In this document: positions 27,051 to 42,673 of the stretch, piece after piece | How the letters are laid out: every line of letters begins with the position of its first letter | How positions within the stretch are numbered: position 1 is the stretch's first letter | Assembly (NCBI RefSeq): GCF_009914755.1 | Contig: NC_060927.1 | From: the human T2T-CHM13v2.0 reference genome, Homo sapiens | Strand: one strand, 5' to 3' | DNA: 64,000 nucleotides | Program-made: the position numbers and the translations under genes | The notes under the pieces: generated by a model | Told to the model about the DNA's origin: nothing | Database searches by the model: none | What the model saw: the letters and a program-made list of their open reading frames with translations, nothing else

Positions 27051-27392
27051 AAATACAAAATAAATCGCACTGCATTAAATTACCTTTACAATCTCTTCTA
27101 GCTGTAGTATTCTGAGACTAAAAAACTGCAGGCTCGAGCTAAGTTGTAAGTAACACTGTTATTTTAGAGAAACCTAGCTTTTGTTGCTATTTCATTCTTT
27201 CTCCACGCTTTTTCATGCAGAAAATAATGATTAAATTGCCACTTGGTCATATTCCTTTTTGCTTCACACTATCCTAATGTCTGTCCATTTTTAATGATCT
27301 GTAATGAATAATAAACTCTGCAGGTTTTTTTCAGTTTTAATATCTACAAATTAGGAGTCAAGGTATTAGAAAGCTTTAGAAGTCTTATATTC

Positions 27393-27570
27393 CAGTGGTC
27401 CCTAAATATGCTGGCACCTCTGAATCATCTGGGGAACATTTGAAAAAGACTGATTCCTAGGCTTGGTATCTGGACATTCTGACTCAGCAGGTCAAGATGA
27501 GGCCCCAGACCCTGTACTTCTCAAGAAACATCCCAGGGCACTCTGAAGCTTAAAGTTTGGAAACCACTGA
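27393..27570. mobile_element. MER5-type DNA transposon relic
   Basis: CAGTGGT...ACCACTG terminal inverted repeats. Confidence 0.65.
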
Positions 27571-27716
27571 CCTAGCCCAACTTTACTAGTAACTAGGGTA
27601 AGATGAATTGTCCCAGTGCTAAAACCCAGTGACCTCAGACCTGGAGCCAGGATGCAGGGCTCCTAACTCTAGCTCACCACCATTGTTGAAAAACATTCTG
27701 TCAAACACACACATAC

Positions 27717-27822
27717 TCCTCCAGAGCTCCAGCCATCAGTATATCTTCTTTGTCAGTTTTAACATCCAACTCTGGTTCTCCATTAAGCAGAAGCTTCAAG
27801 TTATAAATAACCAGCAAAGTAC
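27717..27822 (-). CDS. MORC1: MORC1 exon 8 (G-TLLVIYNLKLLLNGEPELDVKTDKEDILMAGALE), GHKL motif IV (GT)
   Basis: CAG acceptor, GA|GTATGT donor, 106 nt. Confidence 0.96.
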
Positions 27823-28257
27823 CTGGTAGAAAAATAGATGTTTGACTTGTCAGTATTTTAAATACACTAAATGCTAGTCATTGTGCTATCATTTCATCTA
27901 TGGAACTGAGTCTGCTATAAAATTTTCTTTTGTACTTCAGTAAATAGTATGTTTGGCTAACTCTTTGGCTAAGCCAAGATATGTCTTCTAGCAAGTTTCA
28001 CTCCCTGCCAAAGAGTGCTGAGTTTCTACAGTATGGTGCCTCTTATTATAATTCAATTCATTACAAGTCTTTCAATGTGGATTTTTAAACTTTGGCACTC
28101 TTTTCATAATTTGCATTATGAAATTTGTTAAGAGCCTGAGCCAAGCTTGTGTTATAGGTAAAGCTCTCATTGGTAGTACTGAATTTAACACACATAAAAA
28201 CAAAGAAGGGTTTTTAAACATTGTACAAATAAGAAATATTGTTTTCATACACTATAG

Positions 28258-28487
28258 CAGGTGCTGGTAAATTTTTTCCATAAAGGGCCAGATAGTAAAT
28301 ATTTTAGGCTTTGCAGGCCATACGGTCTCTGTTGCAACTATTCACAATGTAGCTCTGCCACTGAAGCATGAAAGCAGCAATGGAGAATACATAAATGAAT
28401 GAGTGTGGTTGCGTTCCAATAAATCTTTATTTACAAGAACAGGTATGGGGCCACATTTGACCCGAGACCATAATTTGCTGACCCCTG
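28258..28487 (-). mobile_element. MER58A (hAT-Charlie)
   Basis: AAAGGGCCAGATAGTAAATATTTTAGGCTTTGCAGGCCATACGGTCTCTG matches the consensus. Confidence 0.8.
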
Positions 28488-29189
28488 CTCCAAGGCATGA
28501 TTAACAAAAAAAGTCCAAATTATTTCCAGTTGATTATGATACAAAGTCAAACAGGATCATTAGAGTAATTAAGAGGACAACTAATTATACTTTTTGGTAG
28601 TTCTTAAACACAAGGGAGAATAGCATAGTAGCTAAGAACATGGGCTAAATGGCTGTGTCTAAATCCTGGATCAACTGTGCCAGTAGACACAGTGCATTCG
28701 ACGTGTTGAACAGAAAGTTGGTGGAGGTGGAAAGAATGGGGAAAAGATCTGTTAATCTGGAGAAGAATGTCTGCAATACTTTTGCTAACTCTTTGCCACA
28801 GAGACATTAATTCGTTATTTTATAAGTTGCTAACTCTCTTACATACCTGTTATCACTCTATCTCAAATGATGCAATAAGTGTCTCCTAACTTTGCTATCT
28901 AGTGCAGCGACTGTGGAGTCCCTGTGGTCATAGCCTGTATCATCCTCTTCTTACCCAGTTTCACCAAGCTCATGCAAGTACACATCCTTCTCCCAGTGTC
29001 AGGGATTTACAGTAATTTGTTTGGATGCTCTTAAGACAAAGCTCATATGGATAAAATAAATGACTGTCCCCAGTGTGAATCCACATGAGATTATAAGAAC
29101 AAAAAAAATGAAAACATATGTACAGTGTCTTTGATAAGACACTGAAAACAAATACTTCCATCAAATTGTCAGAGTTTTGATGATCTTAC

Positions 29190-29349
29190 CACATTTTCCA
29201 TAGATCACATCAAACTGCTGCATCAATTCTGCTTCAGTTTTAAATGGGGAGTATTTATAAATTATAGATAATTCCATTGCAAATTTCTGGGGATCATCTG
29301 TGACAGATTCTCTGGTTCTTATTAACCATGAGGGCATTGGAACTACAAC
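29190..29349 (-). CDS. MORC1: MORC1 exon 7 (VVVPMPSWLIRTRESVTDDPQKFAMELSIIYKYSPFKTEAELMQQFDVIYGKC)
   Basis: TAG acceptor, G|GTAAGA donor, 160 nt, frame continuous. Confidence 0.97.
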
Positions 29350-29619
29350 CTATTTAAAAAAAAACACATCAATTTACTATGAAATACACAAAAAACATTA
29401 TTCTTTTGTCTTATCTATTTCATTCCACTCTTCATCTAGACAAATTACAAAACACTAAGTTAAAAGTTCATTTTCCTCCTATAATCTAGTTGTATAAGAG
29501 ACACATAACAAATGTGTATAGACAGGATTGTATTTTAAAATACTCCATTGTGGAATATGGGAACAGATGGAGTGTACTTCAACTCCCTCTTGAAGGGTAG
29601 AATGGCAGAGGAAACAACA

Positions 29620-32340
29620 GAATCAGCATTTTAAAAGTTGAAAAGCAGATGACAGCACACGCAAGAAAAGCAATCTAAAGCCCAAGCCAGAAAGCAGAGC
29701 CAGCCTGACTTGCAATTCAGAATTCCTACACTGTAATTCTCAGGGACTGATGGCAGGAGTTAACTCTAGAGTTGGGGTAGGGGGAGAAGAGAACTATAAG
29801 TAGCATTTAGATCCCCATCAGCAACAGCTCCTCCTCAACCCCCAGGGTCTGGATATTTACCCTCTGGAAAGAGTAGAACAATGGATTTCTAGACTGGAAG
29901 ACATACCAGGCACTGCTCTTGTGGGCACCTTACTGAGATTAGATAGACCGAGTGAAAGTATACTTAGCAGATGCTGAGATCTTCAGATCTCGTTCCCATT
30001 TGTCTCCCAGAAGCTGACAGGTAGGTCTGTAGGCAGAAGACTAGGAGTCTTCCTTGAAAAATCTGACCAACCCAGAAGGAAAGACACAAAGACAATTACA
30101 TTAAGGATTCCCCAATAAAAAAAAAAGCTCAGTTAGATCACATTATTGTGACAATCATAGCAGCCAGGCCCCACTCACAGTCTCAGAGCTTGCACTCGTC
30201 ATTTTACTGGACTTATCTTTAAAGTATTCAGGAGTAACGGCCATCTAAGAAAAGCCTCTAATATGATAATAGAGAACAAATAATTATAAACAAAGTAACT
30301 CAGTGAAAACAGAAACCATAAAAAGATGAAAACTTCAACAAGGCAAAAATCAATTATTGTTAATATCTTCAGAGTTATAAGAGAAAATACTGTATCCATG
30401 AAACAAGAACGAGATATTTTTGAAAAAGAAACATTCAGAGAATAAGAAAGACTTCTTGGAAATTAAGAATATGATTACAGAAAAAAATTCAGTGAAAGTG
30501 TCAGAGGTGTCTGAATCAGAGTGACTCCATCTTGAACAGGGGCTGGGTCAAATAAGGCTGAGACCTACTGGGCTGCATGTTCATGTTAGGCATTCTTAGT
30601 CACAGGATGGGATAGGAGGTGGGCACAAGATACAGGTCACAAAGACCCTGCTGACCCAGCTTCACTAAGAAGCTGGCCAAATCCCACCAAAACCAAGATG
30701 GTGACCTCTGGTCATCCTCACTGCTCATTATATGCTAATTATAATGTATCAGCATGCTAAAAGGCACCCCTACCAGTGCCATGACAGTTTACAAGTGCCA
30801 TGGGAATGTCAGGAAGTTGCCCTATATGGTCTAAAAATGGGAGGAAACCTCACTTCCTGGAATTGCCCACCCTATTCCTGGAAAATTCATGAATAATCAA
30901 CCCCTAGTTTAGCATATATAATCAAGAAGTAACTATAAGTATACTCAGTTGAGCAGCCCAGGCCACTGCTCTGCCTATGGAGTAATCATTCTCTTATTCC
31001 TCTACTTTTTTCTTAATAAACTGCTTTCACTTCACTCTATGAACTCGCCCTGAATTCCTTCTTGCACAAGGTCCAAGAACTCTCTCTTGGGGTCTGGGAT
31101 CAGACCCCTTTCTGGTAACAAAAGGGTTCAAAAATAAATATTAGAACAACTCCCAGAAAATAAAGCAAAAATATAAAACTCAGAAAACAGGAAGGAAAGG
31201 CTAAGAAAATTAGAGAACCACTTCCAGAATACAATAGCTAAAAAACAGGAGTTACAAAAGGATAGAAAAGAGAATATGAATAGAAGAAAATCATCAGCTA
31301 TTACAAGAAACTATCCCAGAATTGAAGAATATGAGTTTCCAAATCAAAAAGACCCAGCAAGTGACCAGCACAATGGGTGTAAATAGACCACGCAAAGGCA
31401 AAACACTTGAAATCAGAATACTGAGACAAAGAAGATTATTTTGACCTTCAAAGAGTAAAGGCAAGCAAACAAACAAACAAAAAACGAATGGGTCACATAT
31501 AAGATTAAGTAATTAAATGGCTTGAGACTGCTCAATAACAACACTAGAAACTAGATAATGAAGCAAAACCTTCGAAATCCTGAAAGAAAATAAATTCCAA
31601 CCTAGAAATAATATCAAGCCCAACTACCATTAAGTGTTAGGGTAGAATAAAAACCTTTTAATGCATGTGAGGTCTCCAGATATTTTGCCCCCTATGTTCC
31701 TTTGCTCAAGAAGTCACTGGAGAACATGCTGTACCAAGGAGAGAGAGCAAGCTATGGAAGAAGATGTGAGATCTAGGATCTCAGAGATGACACAGAAGAG
31801 AGGGGAAGGGAATCACCAAGACGAGGGCAAGGGCAGATCACAGGATGGCAGCTGAACACCACCATGGAAGCAGGAGTGTGAGCTGCAGCACAGGAGAAAG
31901 CCCTGAGCAGACTTCATCAGGAAGATGGGACTGAGAGGACAGCACTTTGAGACTGGGGTTAACACAGTGACACGAACACAGAAAACCAAGCAAATATTCA
32001 GTGACAGTAATACACATAAAAAACTAAGCAGTCAATGATTAATTTTAGGGGAAATAAGTTGTACATGAAAAGGAAAAATAATAGTTGATGGCTTGGTATA
32101 ATTTGAACAGTGTTTATAAAGTCTTATAAAGTAAACACTGAATATTGTCATAGCTAAAATTACAATAAAGCTATGTTGAGGGCGGGGGATGAGAAGACTA
32201 CGATTATATGATAGAAGCAGAGAAAAAAGGTAGGTAAATCCTCTTTTATAGTGGGAGGTTAATAGATAATGCCTAGATAAAATCAAGAAGTAGCAATACA
32301 GGCATGCTATTTAGAGATACATAGGTAAATATCAAAAGAA
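29620..32340 (+). mobile_element. Ancient HAL1/L1ME-type ORF1 relic, split by MER41B
   Basis: ORF1-like A-rich sequence (TCCCAGAATTGAAG; AAATTCCAACCTAGAA). Confidence 0.55.
30499..31120 (+). mobile_element. MER41B solo LTR (ERV1)
   Basis: TGTCAGAGG...TGGTAACA ends, 4-bp TSD AAAG, tandem TTCCTGGAA, AATAAA. Confidence 0.88.
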
Positions 32341-32347
32341 CAGGCCA

Positions 32348-32491
32348 TTTATTTTTATTTTTATTTTATTTTTTTGAGACAGGGTCTCACTATGTTGCTC
32401 AGGCTGGCCTCAAACTACTGGGCTCAAGTGATCCTCCCTCTTCAGCCTCCTGAGTAGCTGGGACTACAGATGCACTCCACCGTGCCCAGCT
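32348..32491 (-). mobile_element. Alu monomer (FLAM/FRAM)
   Basis: Single arm with a T-rich tail. Confidence 0.8.
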
Positions 32492-33638
32492 AGAACTTGT
32501 TAATATTGTTGTTAAGAGGTTGTCTCTGTGGAAGTAGAAATGGGAAGTGGTTGCTGTTTTTAGTTTTTTTTAAAAAAGGGAATGGCCCATTTTAAGAAAG
32601 CTATAATTAAGGGTTAGCCCAATTTTCCATGCCCTTTACACACATAACATGCAACATAAATGCTTACAGCATCACTTTTCCTCAGGTCAGGCTCCCACAC
32701 GGCTTACTCCTTTTTACCTGCAGACTGCTCCTGTCACCCAGCTCCACCCACTGGCAGTCTCACAGTCCTACACCGTCCATCCAAACTCCATATGCATCTC
32801 CAGGTCTGAGACTTGCTGAGGCCATTAATCTCCAGTACCAGCTTTTCCGGCTGCAAGTTGTACTCTCTCCATAAAACCCTCATTGGGCACTCGAGGCCCT
32901 CTATCTCTCCATCCATATCATTGCTTTTGATAATCTGGTAACAGTAGCCACACAGACTCATTGAGGAGCATTCTTTTTAAATACCCTCACTTTTTTATCC
33001 AATTCATATGTGTCTACCTTATTTTGTGATAAAGCTGAAGACTCTTAGATGGCCATATGACCTTCTGCTTCTTTTCTACCTTCATAGAGTCTATCCAGTA
33101 CTAGGCAGAGAGTAGTTCCTCAACATGTATTTGTTATATTGAATTATAACTGACAGCCATAATAATAAAACTCAGGCACTGGTAATTAATAAAATGCCTC
33201 TGGATCAGCAAATGGAGTTGAAATTATGGTCACCAGAGTTACAGTTTTAAGTCTATTTTGCATTAATTTCTTTACATTTTGTATTCCAAGTCTTTGACTC
33301 CAATATTTTATTTATTTTTAAAATGATAATCAATTTATGGCATATATGGTGGAAAGATTTTGCAGGTTTCTTCTAAAAAGCTCATCATGTCTAAGGGAGC
33401 CTCTTACTTTGGGAGATTTGAGCACATGGATAATGAAAATGAAGTTCTCAGGAAAGGGTCAAGAGGACAGGTCTTTGATGTCCCCAGAATGTCTTGATAC
33501 CTTCTCTCCATTTCCCAAACATATTCCTAAGTTTCTAAATAATATCAGAAAGAACCCATGACAAGACTTCACCTCCTGAGAGAGTAAATGAAAGCAACAT
33601 CATTGCTATGGGAACAGAAGGAAAACTTCAACTCTTAC

Positions 33639-33747
33639 CTCACTAAGACTTTCTTCTTCACAGAATGTCTGAGAAAAAAACACACAGGTCATCGTTTCTT
33701 CCTTCTTCGTAAAAAGAATAAAGTCTTTTCCAATTCTCATGGACCCA
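33639..33747 (-). CDS. MORC1: MORC1 exon 6 ([36 protein letters not shown])
   Basis: TAG acceptor, GAG|GTAAGA donor, 109 nt, frame continuous. Confidence 0.97.
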
Positions 33748-34242
33748 CTATATTAAAAATGAAGAACATCATGTTTTACACCTCAAATACTAAAAAGGAA
33801 GAAACAGGCAGACTGTTATCACCGTGTACTGTAACAGGATGTTCTTTCCAACACTCTGTTCTGCTGACCCGTCATCAAGAGGGTACAATTTTTTTTTTTT
33901 CAAAGTAAAGCAGAAGAATTTGAACTAAGCCAGCTCCACACTCTTGCTTGAGGTTTGGCTGCAGGGGAAAGGGTCCATTCAGGGCTCAAAAGAACAATCA
34001 TCTGTCTCAGGTAGGAGCCGTACAAGTGAGCCTCATGTCCTGACCTTTCAATGCAGCATACTAAAACAAAGAGCTGCAGACACAGCACCTAGGTTAAAAT
34101 ATGCTTTGGGAAACAACAGAACATAGAGATGCAACAAAGCACTAAAGTACAGGGGTACCGCTTCAGGAATCTTTGAAAGAGGATTTATTTTATTATTTGG
34201 GAGAATTAACCTAAAATGTTGTAAAGATAAAAGTCAGTTATG

Positions 34243-34582
<340 letters not shown>

Positions 34583-34697
34583 TCAAGTTTATATATTTTT
34601 TAAAGCTTTACATGCCTGCATCATTCTGTGTAAATTGCTTTATAAACAGTGTTCCCAGTATCAATAATATATGTCTTAAGGGAAAAAAAATTCTCAC

Positions 34698-34788
34698 CTT
34701 TTAAGACCATTGCCGTATTGCCCTATGAACTTCAAGGTTGACAGCCGTTTTTTGGATCGTCCAAAGTAAATGATGTCTGAAGCTTCCT
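34698..34788 (-). CDS. MORC1: MORC1 exon 5 (EASDIIYFGRSKKRLSTLKFIGQYGNGLK), GHKL motif III / ATP lid
   Basis: CAG acceptor, AG|GTGAGA donor, 91 nt; GQYGNGLKS is the MORC-family motif. Confidence 0.97.
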
Positions 34789-34968
34789 CTGTAATTGACA
34801 GTGACTTTTAAGGTGGTTAGGAAGACTCTTTGACACTGGCCTGAGGCCCAGCTGTCAGGACCTCACATTCCTCAGAACATCAGGACAAACCCATAGCTCT
34901 TGGGTCAGCCCAGAGACAAGGATTTTCATCAGAATCCACAGTCTCTGACAAGGGTCTTAATGGTATTA

Positions 34969-35290
34969 CAGTCAGCCCAAGGTACGGCAGGCTCCACATT
35001 CATAGACTCAACTAATCTTGGACTGAAAATATTCAGAAAAAAATAAATTGCGTCTGGACTGACCACGTACAGACTTTTTTTTTGTCATTATTCTCTAAAC
35101 AACAAAGTATAACAACTATTTAATAGCATTTACACTGCATTGGGTATTATAAGGAACCTGGAAAAGATTTAAAGTATACAGGAGGATATATATAGGTTAT
35201 ACGGAAATACCGTGCCATCTTCTTTCCACAGCTTTTGGTATCCTAGAAAGGTCCTGGAATCCATTCCCTACAGATACTAAGAAACAACTG
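34969..35290. mobile_element. MER2-like TcMar-Tigger relic
   Basis: TA|CAGT...ACTG|TA termini; internal similarity to MER2. Confidence 0.75.
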
Positions 35291-36219
35291 TATACTGAAA
35301 GAGATGAGACAGACCTAACCATGTGGCCTTAGGTAGAGTTTAAAAGTCTGAGCCTTAATTTCCATGTGGTGTAAGAGGCAACTACGTAATACTTATATCA
35401 CGGTGTTGCTGATGAAGATAAATGAAACAAATGAAATGAGATGATGTATTTGTGAAATCCTGAACACAAAACTTGGCACTTGGTGGGTGTTACCAAATTA
35501 CAAGTGTTATAATTACTTGTACCACTAGTAATTTCCCCACGAATTTAGCCCTTAACCAGGCCCATGTGAGACTAAGAGGGGCAGGATGACCTCTGCTCTG
35601 ATACTACCTGGGAAAGAAGGCTAACCATTTCAGACGTTCCAAATCATTCTCCCGACCTCTCCAGGTATTCTGGAATTCTAGACAGTAATCCTCTGGACTT
35701 CAGAATATATTAATACCAATCTCCAGAACCAAGAATGTTCTTCTTGTTGGCCTACCTGAATACATGCTGAAGAATTGTCCTGAGGACCCTCTGTCAGTCT
35801 GGGTACAGATATGCTATAGTTCAGTGGCACATGGTATGAGGTGTGTAAAAGCCACCAAACATTCTGCTTCTCTGAAACTAACTGGACCTCCTATGATATG
35901 TTCCTATGAGGGGTTAGGCATTAGGTAAGGATATCCATAATGACAATCTTAGCTAACACTTATTGATTGTTTAGTATATGCTAGGTACTATGTTTATACT
36001 TACATGCACAGCTTATTTAATATTTATAACAAAACAAGAAAGGTATTATTACTATGACCTGCATGTCACAGATGAGCAAATGTAAGTCTAAGGAGTTTTA
36101 AAAACCTGCCCAAGGTCACAGAGCTGATAGAGGGTACAGCTAGGATTATAACCCAAAGTTCTAAGTCTTGGTACAGACATGGTATAGCTCTGAACCAAAT
36201 CCCATGTGTTCATTACACA

Positions 36220-36770
36220 CTACATGAACTCACGTGCATGGTTACCCGGTTCTGAGCATGGGAATAAACCACTGAACAGGCCAGGCATGGCTCCTGCCTT
36301 GGACAACACTATGTCATGGTAGGAGAAACAGATTGAAAGTAAACTAATAAATAAGATCATTTCTGACTGAGTATTAAGTGAAGAAAACAAAACCAGGGTA
36401 ATGCGATAGAGAATTAACAGGAACGTGGCCTGCAGACAGAATGATCAGGGAAGGCCACTGGCAGATGGTTAACATGAGATGGATTCAAACGATGAGGGGT
36501 CAGCCATGTGTGGGTGGAGTGTTCTAAGGGAGGAAGTGGGAAGAACAAGAAAAGGCCAAAGAGGTGCATAGGGCCAAATAATGTAAGGTCTTGGAAGAGA
36601 TGCTGAGAGTACAAATTGTATTAAGTAATGGAAAACCACTGAGGGTTTTCAGCAGGAAAATGATATTAATGTACATTTTCAGCAGGAAAATGTACATTAA
36701 AAGAAAGAAAATCACTCAGGATGCTGTGTGGGGAATGGACTATAAAGGGGCAAGACTAGAGAATTTTTTA
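36220..36770 (-). mobile_element. L2 fragment (MIRs at about 35310-35490 and 35950-36160)
   Basis: L2 antisense motifs (AAAACCACTGAGGGTTTTCAGCAGG; GGAATGGACTATAAAGGGGCAAGA). Confidence 0.6.
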
Positions 36771-38129
36771 AAAACCCGGAAAGTACTGTAGTCATTTTCT
36801 ATGGGTCAAGATTGATCTAGCTCCGTTTGAACAACGGATAGATTCTACTTTTAGTCATCTTCCTTCTACTTTATTACTAGTTGATGCTACTATGTAACTG
36901 AAGTGTGAGTTCCTTCTGAAGGTCTGAATATCCGTCACTTGTCTGTGTTTCAAACATTTTGTTCATGACCCATATAAAAAGAGTTGCTTCTTTTCATAAG
37001 GAATTCCCTTAGAATATATCACATATATTCTGTCATTTATTTTAGGAATTCAAAAAAATGAACTTAATATTCAGGCTAGAAGTGAAAAATTACTTTTTTC
37101 AGCATGGGTTTTTTCTGTTGTTGTTACAAACTCTTCTTTCTCATTTAAACAATAAAAGACCAAGAATACTTTTAATCAAAATGACCTGGAAAAATCAAAA
37201 TTATCCGAAGTCAGAACAAAACTGGGTGAAACAGTCTTTCTAAACTTGCTAATACTCTTCAACTATTCAGACCAAGGGGAAACTTCAGAGCTGAAATAAG
37301 ATATTTGCCATACCTCATATCTTCAGCTTCTATCAGCAAATCAATATTTGAGCATACTGATGCATCCTTTCCTCAGTTGTGGAACTGACCATGGCAGTTC
37401 CATATTACTGAACTCTCACCATTTTTTAAATCTAGTGGTCAAAAACCCTGGCTTGTGGAACACACCATGTTTAAAGAATTCAGAAATACAATACCTAAAA
37501 CAACCCAATGCCCTCAGATGGAATCACATTTCAATTTCACAGCACACAGACACTGTATACCCATAATGTGCTGGCTTTGTGCTAACCTTGAATACACAAA
37601 GATAAGTCATGAAATATATTGTAGATGTATTCTTTATGATGGGAACATTCATTTGAAGCAAGTAAAGCTTTCAAAATGCAGAGGAAAAAACAAGGCTAAA
37701 AACAAGGAGAGGAAACCTCTACCTCGAGGTTAAGCAAAATTAAAAATAGCCTACAGGCACAGGAAACTGCCTGGGGCTCTCACAAGCAATACCTAAAGGA
37801 TGAGCTAAAAACAATCTCAGAGTCTATTCAGTGACTATTTGTTTTCCATTCATTCCCAGATGCTTATTTCTTACAATCAGTAACATTTGCCTTTCATTTT
37901 TCTGACAATATTAATATACATTTACTTTTTGTCTTGGTTTAGATGGTTACAATAAATTTACTCTGCCAGCTGGGATACTTAAACCTAAAAAGTTCAACAA
38001 AAAGTCTGGGGCTTACTTTCTTTAATAGCTCCATACCTGTTTTTGCATAGATAGCTCAATTTATTTATTTTGTAGGTTTTCAGACTGTTTCCTTTAACAG
38101 CCAGTTAGGTATCTAGATAATTAACTTAC

Positions 38130-38198
38130 CAGGGCTCATGCCACATCCATCATCCAGGAAACACAACATGAATCCCCCCTGCAGTTTTTCATTATCCA
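38130..38198 (-). CDS. MORC1: MORC1 exon 4 (DNEKLQGGFMLCFLDDGCGMSP), GHKL motif II DxGxGM
   Basis: TTACAG acceptor, G|GTAAGT donor, 69 nt, phase 1-1. Confidence 0.97.
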
Positions 38199-38781
38199 CT
38201 GTAAGAGAAAGCAGTTATTACTAATAAATATCGGGCTTAATTTGTTAGTCAGAAAGTCATGCTGCTAGAATAATTATTCGTCTTCCTCCAATGCAGCCAC
38301 AGAGTGACAGAGTTATGGCACAAAGATGGAGCCTAGAGTGGAGTCTTGGCTACAGCTTCACAAGAAACTGCAGGGGAAAAATAATCATGCAACATAAAGG
38401 CTTTAAATTAACACAAAACATCTACATGTGAAAAAATTATGTATACAGCAGGACATGTTCTGCTCTGCAACTGGACTAGTCCTTTAAATGTCAGGCATTT
38501 CCTCTCTGTGGGGAGGGAAAAAGGTAAATGGTGAAGTGACCCCAGGATCCTTTGCTCAAACTGACCAACCTCTGTGCCCTTCCACCAAAGCACAATTATA
38601 AAATAAATCTAGGCCATTCTTATTAAATCCATCAGGCTCCCTTCTAAGTAGTTAATTCTCATAAGAGCCATTTGTGAGTGCATCTTCATGGGAGCAAATA
38701 CTTACCTCTTCAAGACGCACTTAATTTTTGAAAATGGCTAAGTTATTTGAAATCAATTTTAATGATTTGAAGATATCATTA

Positions 38782-38950
<169 letters not shown>

Positions 38951-39368
38951 TAATAAAGTTAAAGCTGTAACTAAAACTAATGAGACTAATTTTAGTGCCC
39001 AGTTTGTAAACTGGCCCTGAAAATGATTTCAGTAGTTGGACATAGGAGTTCTAGCACATTTCTCTTTCTTAAATGACAGTGTTATTCAGGAATAATTTAT
39101 GCACAATAAACTGCACATGTTTAAAGTGCACAATTTGACAAATTTTAACACACACACACACACACACACACACGTATGAAATCATAACCACAGTCACAGC
39201 AGCGAACATATCCACACCTCAAATGTTTCCTCCTGACCCTTTGTAAATCCTTCCTTAGGACCCTTCCACGTCCCATCACCCTCACCTTACCCTCAAGCAA
39301 TCACTGATATGCTTTCTGTCCCCATAGATTCATTTCCAGCACATTTATTAAGTCAACTTCTCTGTTCA

Positions 39369-39976
<608 letters not shown>

Positions 39977-40819
39977 TCACCTAGAATTAATATTTTAAAA
40001 AGTAAGTAAGTTTCAAGACAGCCCATGAATACATACTTATAAAACATACTTAATCTTTCTGGGTTTATAATTTCATGGTGATGTGCCCGCTTCTAATCCC
40101 CTCTTCTCTCCAATTTACTTCTTTGTCTGTAAACTTTTAGGATCCGGACTACCATTTCATTTTCCCAGTTCCTTCTCTCTACCTAGTCCTATGGTCTGCT
40201 TACCTCAACTTCTGTGTCAGGACATTCCTCCTCTCCCCCTTTAAAGTACTTGTTCTGTTTAGTCCTCCCTCAAAGGCTGATATTTCCTCACTGTTTAATG
40301 AGGGGAATCCAACCCTGTTGAGTTCTCTGCATAAGGCAGTAGCTCTCAATCTTGGTTGCACATTGAAATCAACTAGAGATATTCTAATGTAACTGGTCTT
40401 GGATAGGGTTCAGAAATTGGTATTTTCTCGTAAAATTTCCCTCAGTTATTCTAATGTTCATCCAGGATTGGGAATCACCTGATGCAAAACCACGTTCAGC
40501 CTCGGGCAGCTCTGCATGGTAGCCACAGCTGATTTGCACTTCTTTGTAAATATTTCTCCTAGAAGGAGCTTGCAGAAAGAAGGGTATTCCTTCAGTAAAC
40601 GGCTGGGAAAGACCAAAGATTCCCATCAGACATATACTACAGTATCTCCTTTTTTTGTAAATCCATATTAGGAATTAGAGACAAATAAGTATAGCCTCAA
40701 AATTTAATAATCCCCCATTATCCACTCTGAAACCTGGCCTTGTTTATTTCAATTCCTTAAAACTATGAATTTCAGGTATATTTTATCACTTGTTAATTAC
40801 GCGTGTCCAAAACAAAACA

Positions 40820-41790
40820 AACACCTCCTCCCACGTTAGACTTTCTCCTCCTCCTCGTTTCCTGTTCAATAAATGGCATCACCCTGCCCCTAGGCTTCAG
40901 CTGTGCAAGTCAAAACCTCGGATCATCATTATGTTCTCCATCTCCTCACCCCTCACACGGGCAACCATCTGGTCCTCTCAATTTCACTGCCTTAATGACT
41001 CCCATTTGACCACTTTCTCTATCCCCAGTATACTGCCTGGGGATACAGACACCATCTCCTTTCTGGATCACAACAGCGCCCTACCTTCTTGCTCTCCCTA
41101 CAGTCACAGGGTGCAGCCAGTCTTCCATCAGTCGTGCATTTCACTGCTCTCCTGCTTCAAACCTCTCCATGGCTTCCCAATGCTCTCAGGATAAAATCCA
41201 ACCACCTAACAAATCTTGTTTGCCCTCCATGACCGGGCCATCTGGATAACTCTCCAAGCTCATTTCTTGTCTTTCCCTCACCTGCCCATACTGCCACCTT
41301 CCACTCCTGCACAAACACTCCCCTTGAACAAATCTTAAACATCTCAAACATTTTTTCTACATTCTCTCCATATTCCAGTTGCTGCACATAATGCCCTTCC
41401 ACCCTTTCCACGCTTCACTCACCAGGCGAATGTCTATTTTCTCTTTCAATTAGTTCATATCAGACTTCTTTTAGGAAGCCTTTCCTAATCCTTCCATGTC
41501 ATTAGTGCCCATAATTAATGACCCCTTTATCTCTGTTTTTGTACCTTTGTAGTATATTAAAATACCTGTTCGTGTATCTATTTGTCTTTTGGACCAATGG
41601 TTCCTACACTTTTTTGGAACACAGTTACCTCAGAGATATAAGGAAAGCTATGGACCCTCTACCCACCAAAGTACAGCTACATACTACATTTTTCATGGGC
41701 TCCACACTAAAATGCCAATTTCTTAAGAGTGTAAACGCAGCACCTAGCCCAGTGCCTGGCATTTAGTAAGCACTAAAAAAAAGTACCGAA
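40820..41790 (+). mobile_element. L2 fragments
   Basis: CAATAAATGGCATCACC; CTCCATGGCTTCCCAATGCTCTCAGGATAAAATCCAA; AGTGCCTGGCA. Confidence 0.65.
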
Positions 41791-42195
41791 TGCATATCCA
41801 TGTTTACTGGAACTAATACACACAAACGTATAAAACACCACGGGAAACATATTTCATTTGAATTTTATAGCCTTCAAATTAATTAGTTGACAGAAATTTA
41901 AGATTGACAATAATTCGAGGCCACAGTAAATAATCTGAAAACTAGTCCAATCTTAGATTAACTTTGTATCCCCAGAATAATCCTATGTATTGATGCATAA
42001 GCATTGTCCCTGCTTTTTTTATCCATTTTTTTAAGAAAATCAGTTTGCTAGGTTGATAGCCATAAGATGGCTTGCCTCAATAAAAAATGAACAGGTAAAT
42101 CAATAAAAACATGAATAGGTAATTTTAAGCTAAACTGAACTATAAGTTCAGTTTTTCACAAAATATACATAAACACAAAAAAGAAGTAAGTGCCA

Positions 42196-42673
<478 letters not shown>

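Noticed and set aside
36646-36692. 17-bp direct repeat TTTTCAGCAGGAAAATG at 30-bp spacing
   Set aside because: Small slippage duplication in an L2; no functional indication
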